Positions 63,074-64,000 of a DNA stretch of 64,000 nucleotides are shown here, piece after piece (positions within the stretch are counted from its first letter, which is position 1; each line of letters opens with the position of its first letter). The notes beneath the pieces are model-generated. The model was not told where the DNA came from. It did no database searches and saw only the letters and a program-made list of their open reading frames with translations. This stretch comes from Nitrospirota bacterium (GTDB taxonomy: Bacteria; Nitrospirota; UBA9217), in NCBI GenBank assembly GCA_963790205.1, contig CAWBNQ010000003.1:128001-192000 (forward strand). The letters are read 5' to 3'. The position numbers and the translations under genes were made by a program.

Positions 63074-64000
63074 CTACTTTGCGATGATGGTGGAGACCAC
63101 GGACATGCCGATCCGCAGGACGTGGTCCTTGTCCGCCCCCTGGTCGAACACGATCTTGACCGGGATGCGCTGCACGACCTTCACGTAATTGCCCGTGGCG
63201 TTCTCCGCGGGAAAGAGCGAGAACGTCACGCCCGTCCCCGCCATGATGCTGTCCACTTTGCCGTTAAGCGCCCTTCCCGGGTAGGAGTCCACGGAAATAT
63301 TTACCTGCTGCCCAGGCCGGATGTTTTCCAGCTCCGTCTCTTTATAGTTCGCGATTACCCAGATATCATTGAGTCCCACCACGGCCATAAGCGGTTGTCC
63401 CGGCTGGATCTGGTTCCCGATCTGCACCGACTTTTTCGTGACATAGCCGTCGGCAGGCGCATAGATCTTCGTGTATTGATAATTGAGGTCCGCGAGGTCC
63501 GCCGAGGCCTCCTTCTGCTTGATCGTGGAGGCCTGCGTCAGCTTCTGCGATTCCGCCGCGCGGAGCTGTTCCTCGGCCGCCTTGACCTGCGCCACGGCCA
63601 CTTCGTAGCCCGTCATGGCCCGGTCGTAGCGGTCGCGGGGAATGGCCTCTTTTTGAAAGAGGTTCTCGGACCGGGTCTTTTCGATCTCGGCCAGCTTGAG
63701 GTTCGCCCGCTGAAGCTCGAGGTTTGCCTGTGCGGCCGCGATCTTCGTCTCCGCCTCGGCAAGCTTTGCCTTTTCCGCGCCGACCACGGAAGATGCCTCA
63801 CGAAGCCGCGCATGATAGTCTGCGGGGTCGATCTCAAGCAGGAGGTCGCCCTTTTTCACCGGCTGGTTGTCCGTAACGTAGATCTCCCTTACGGTCCCGC
63901 TGACCTTCGCCGCTATGGTGTGGATATTGCCGTCGATAAAGGCGTCGTCGGTGGAGATGTGCGTCTTGCGATAGCCGGAGTAAAACCAGCCGGCGACCAG
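63074..64000 (-). CDS. emrA: HlyD/EmrA-family membrane fusion protein (5' end outside window)
   Basis: STDDAFIDG near the window edge, ANYKET, PAENATGNYVKVVQRIPV. Confidence 0.9.
   Translation of the reverse strand: MVAGWFYSGYRKTHISTDDAFIDGNIHTIAAKVSGTVREIYVTDNQPVKKGDLLLEIDPADYHARLREASSVVGAEKAKLAEAETKIAAAQANLELQRANLKLAEIEKTRSENLFQKEAIPRDRYDRAMTGYEVAVAQVKAAEEQLRAAESQKLTQASTIKQKEASADLADLNYQYTKIYAPADGYVTKKSVQIGNQIQPGQPLMAVVGLNDIWVIANYKETELENIRPGQQVNISVDSYPGRALNGKVDSIMAGTGVTFSLFPAENATGNYVKVVQRIPVKIVFDQGADKDHVLRIGMSVVSTIIAK

Overview
Bacterial chromosomal window with mostly high-GC coding DNA. A Nitrospirota/Desulfobacterota-like anaerobe is my inference from gene content only. The core (about 6-50.5 kb) holds a PEPCK-like gene, polX, a liv-type ABC transporter, a central-carbon cluster (sdh/frdCAB, fumC, malic enzyme, glutamate dehydrogenase, aconitase, citrate synthase, SSADH, ThDP enzyme), ftsH, pcnB, rsmE, rpiB-glyA-dCMP deaminase-nrdR-priA, and two toxin-antitoxin pairs. 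Two accessory zones flank it (1-5.8 kb and 51.5-61.3 kb). The most striking observation is a RAYT-like HUH/Y1 transposase gene (4125-4994) bounded by perfect 22-bp inverted repeats (GGGTCAGGTCTCTTTTGTTGCA). Solo copies of that end sit exactly at the truncation points of two diverged dsbA-like alleles in a three-copy array, and a related end truncates an IS3 orfB at 54.15 kb. In each case a passenger gene points away from the end, which suggests a one-ended, cassette-like gene capture system. Also notable: a 3085-bp element with TIRs encoding two DDE transposases plus two HTH proteins, a probable cyanobacterial-type 2-oxoglutarate decarboxylase/SSADH TCA bypass, a degenerate attC site, an IS5-split channel-like gene, and many 7-mer/9-mer palindromic intergenic repeats. 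No rRNA, tRNA or CRISPR array was recognised. All calls come from reading motifs by eye; no searches were run.
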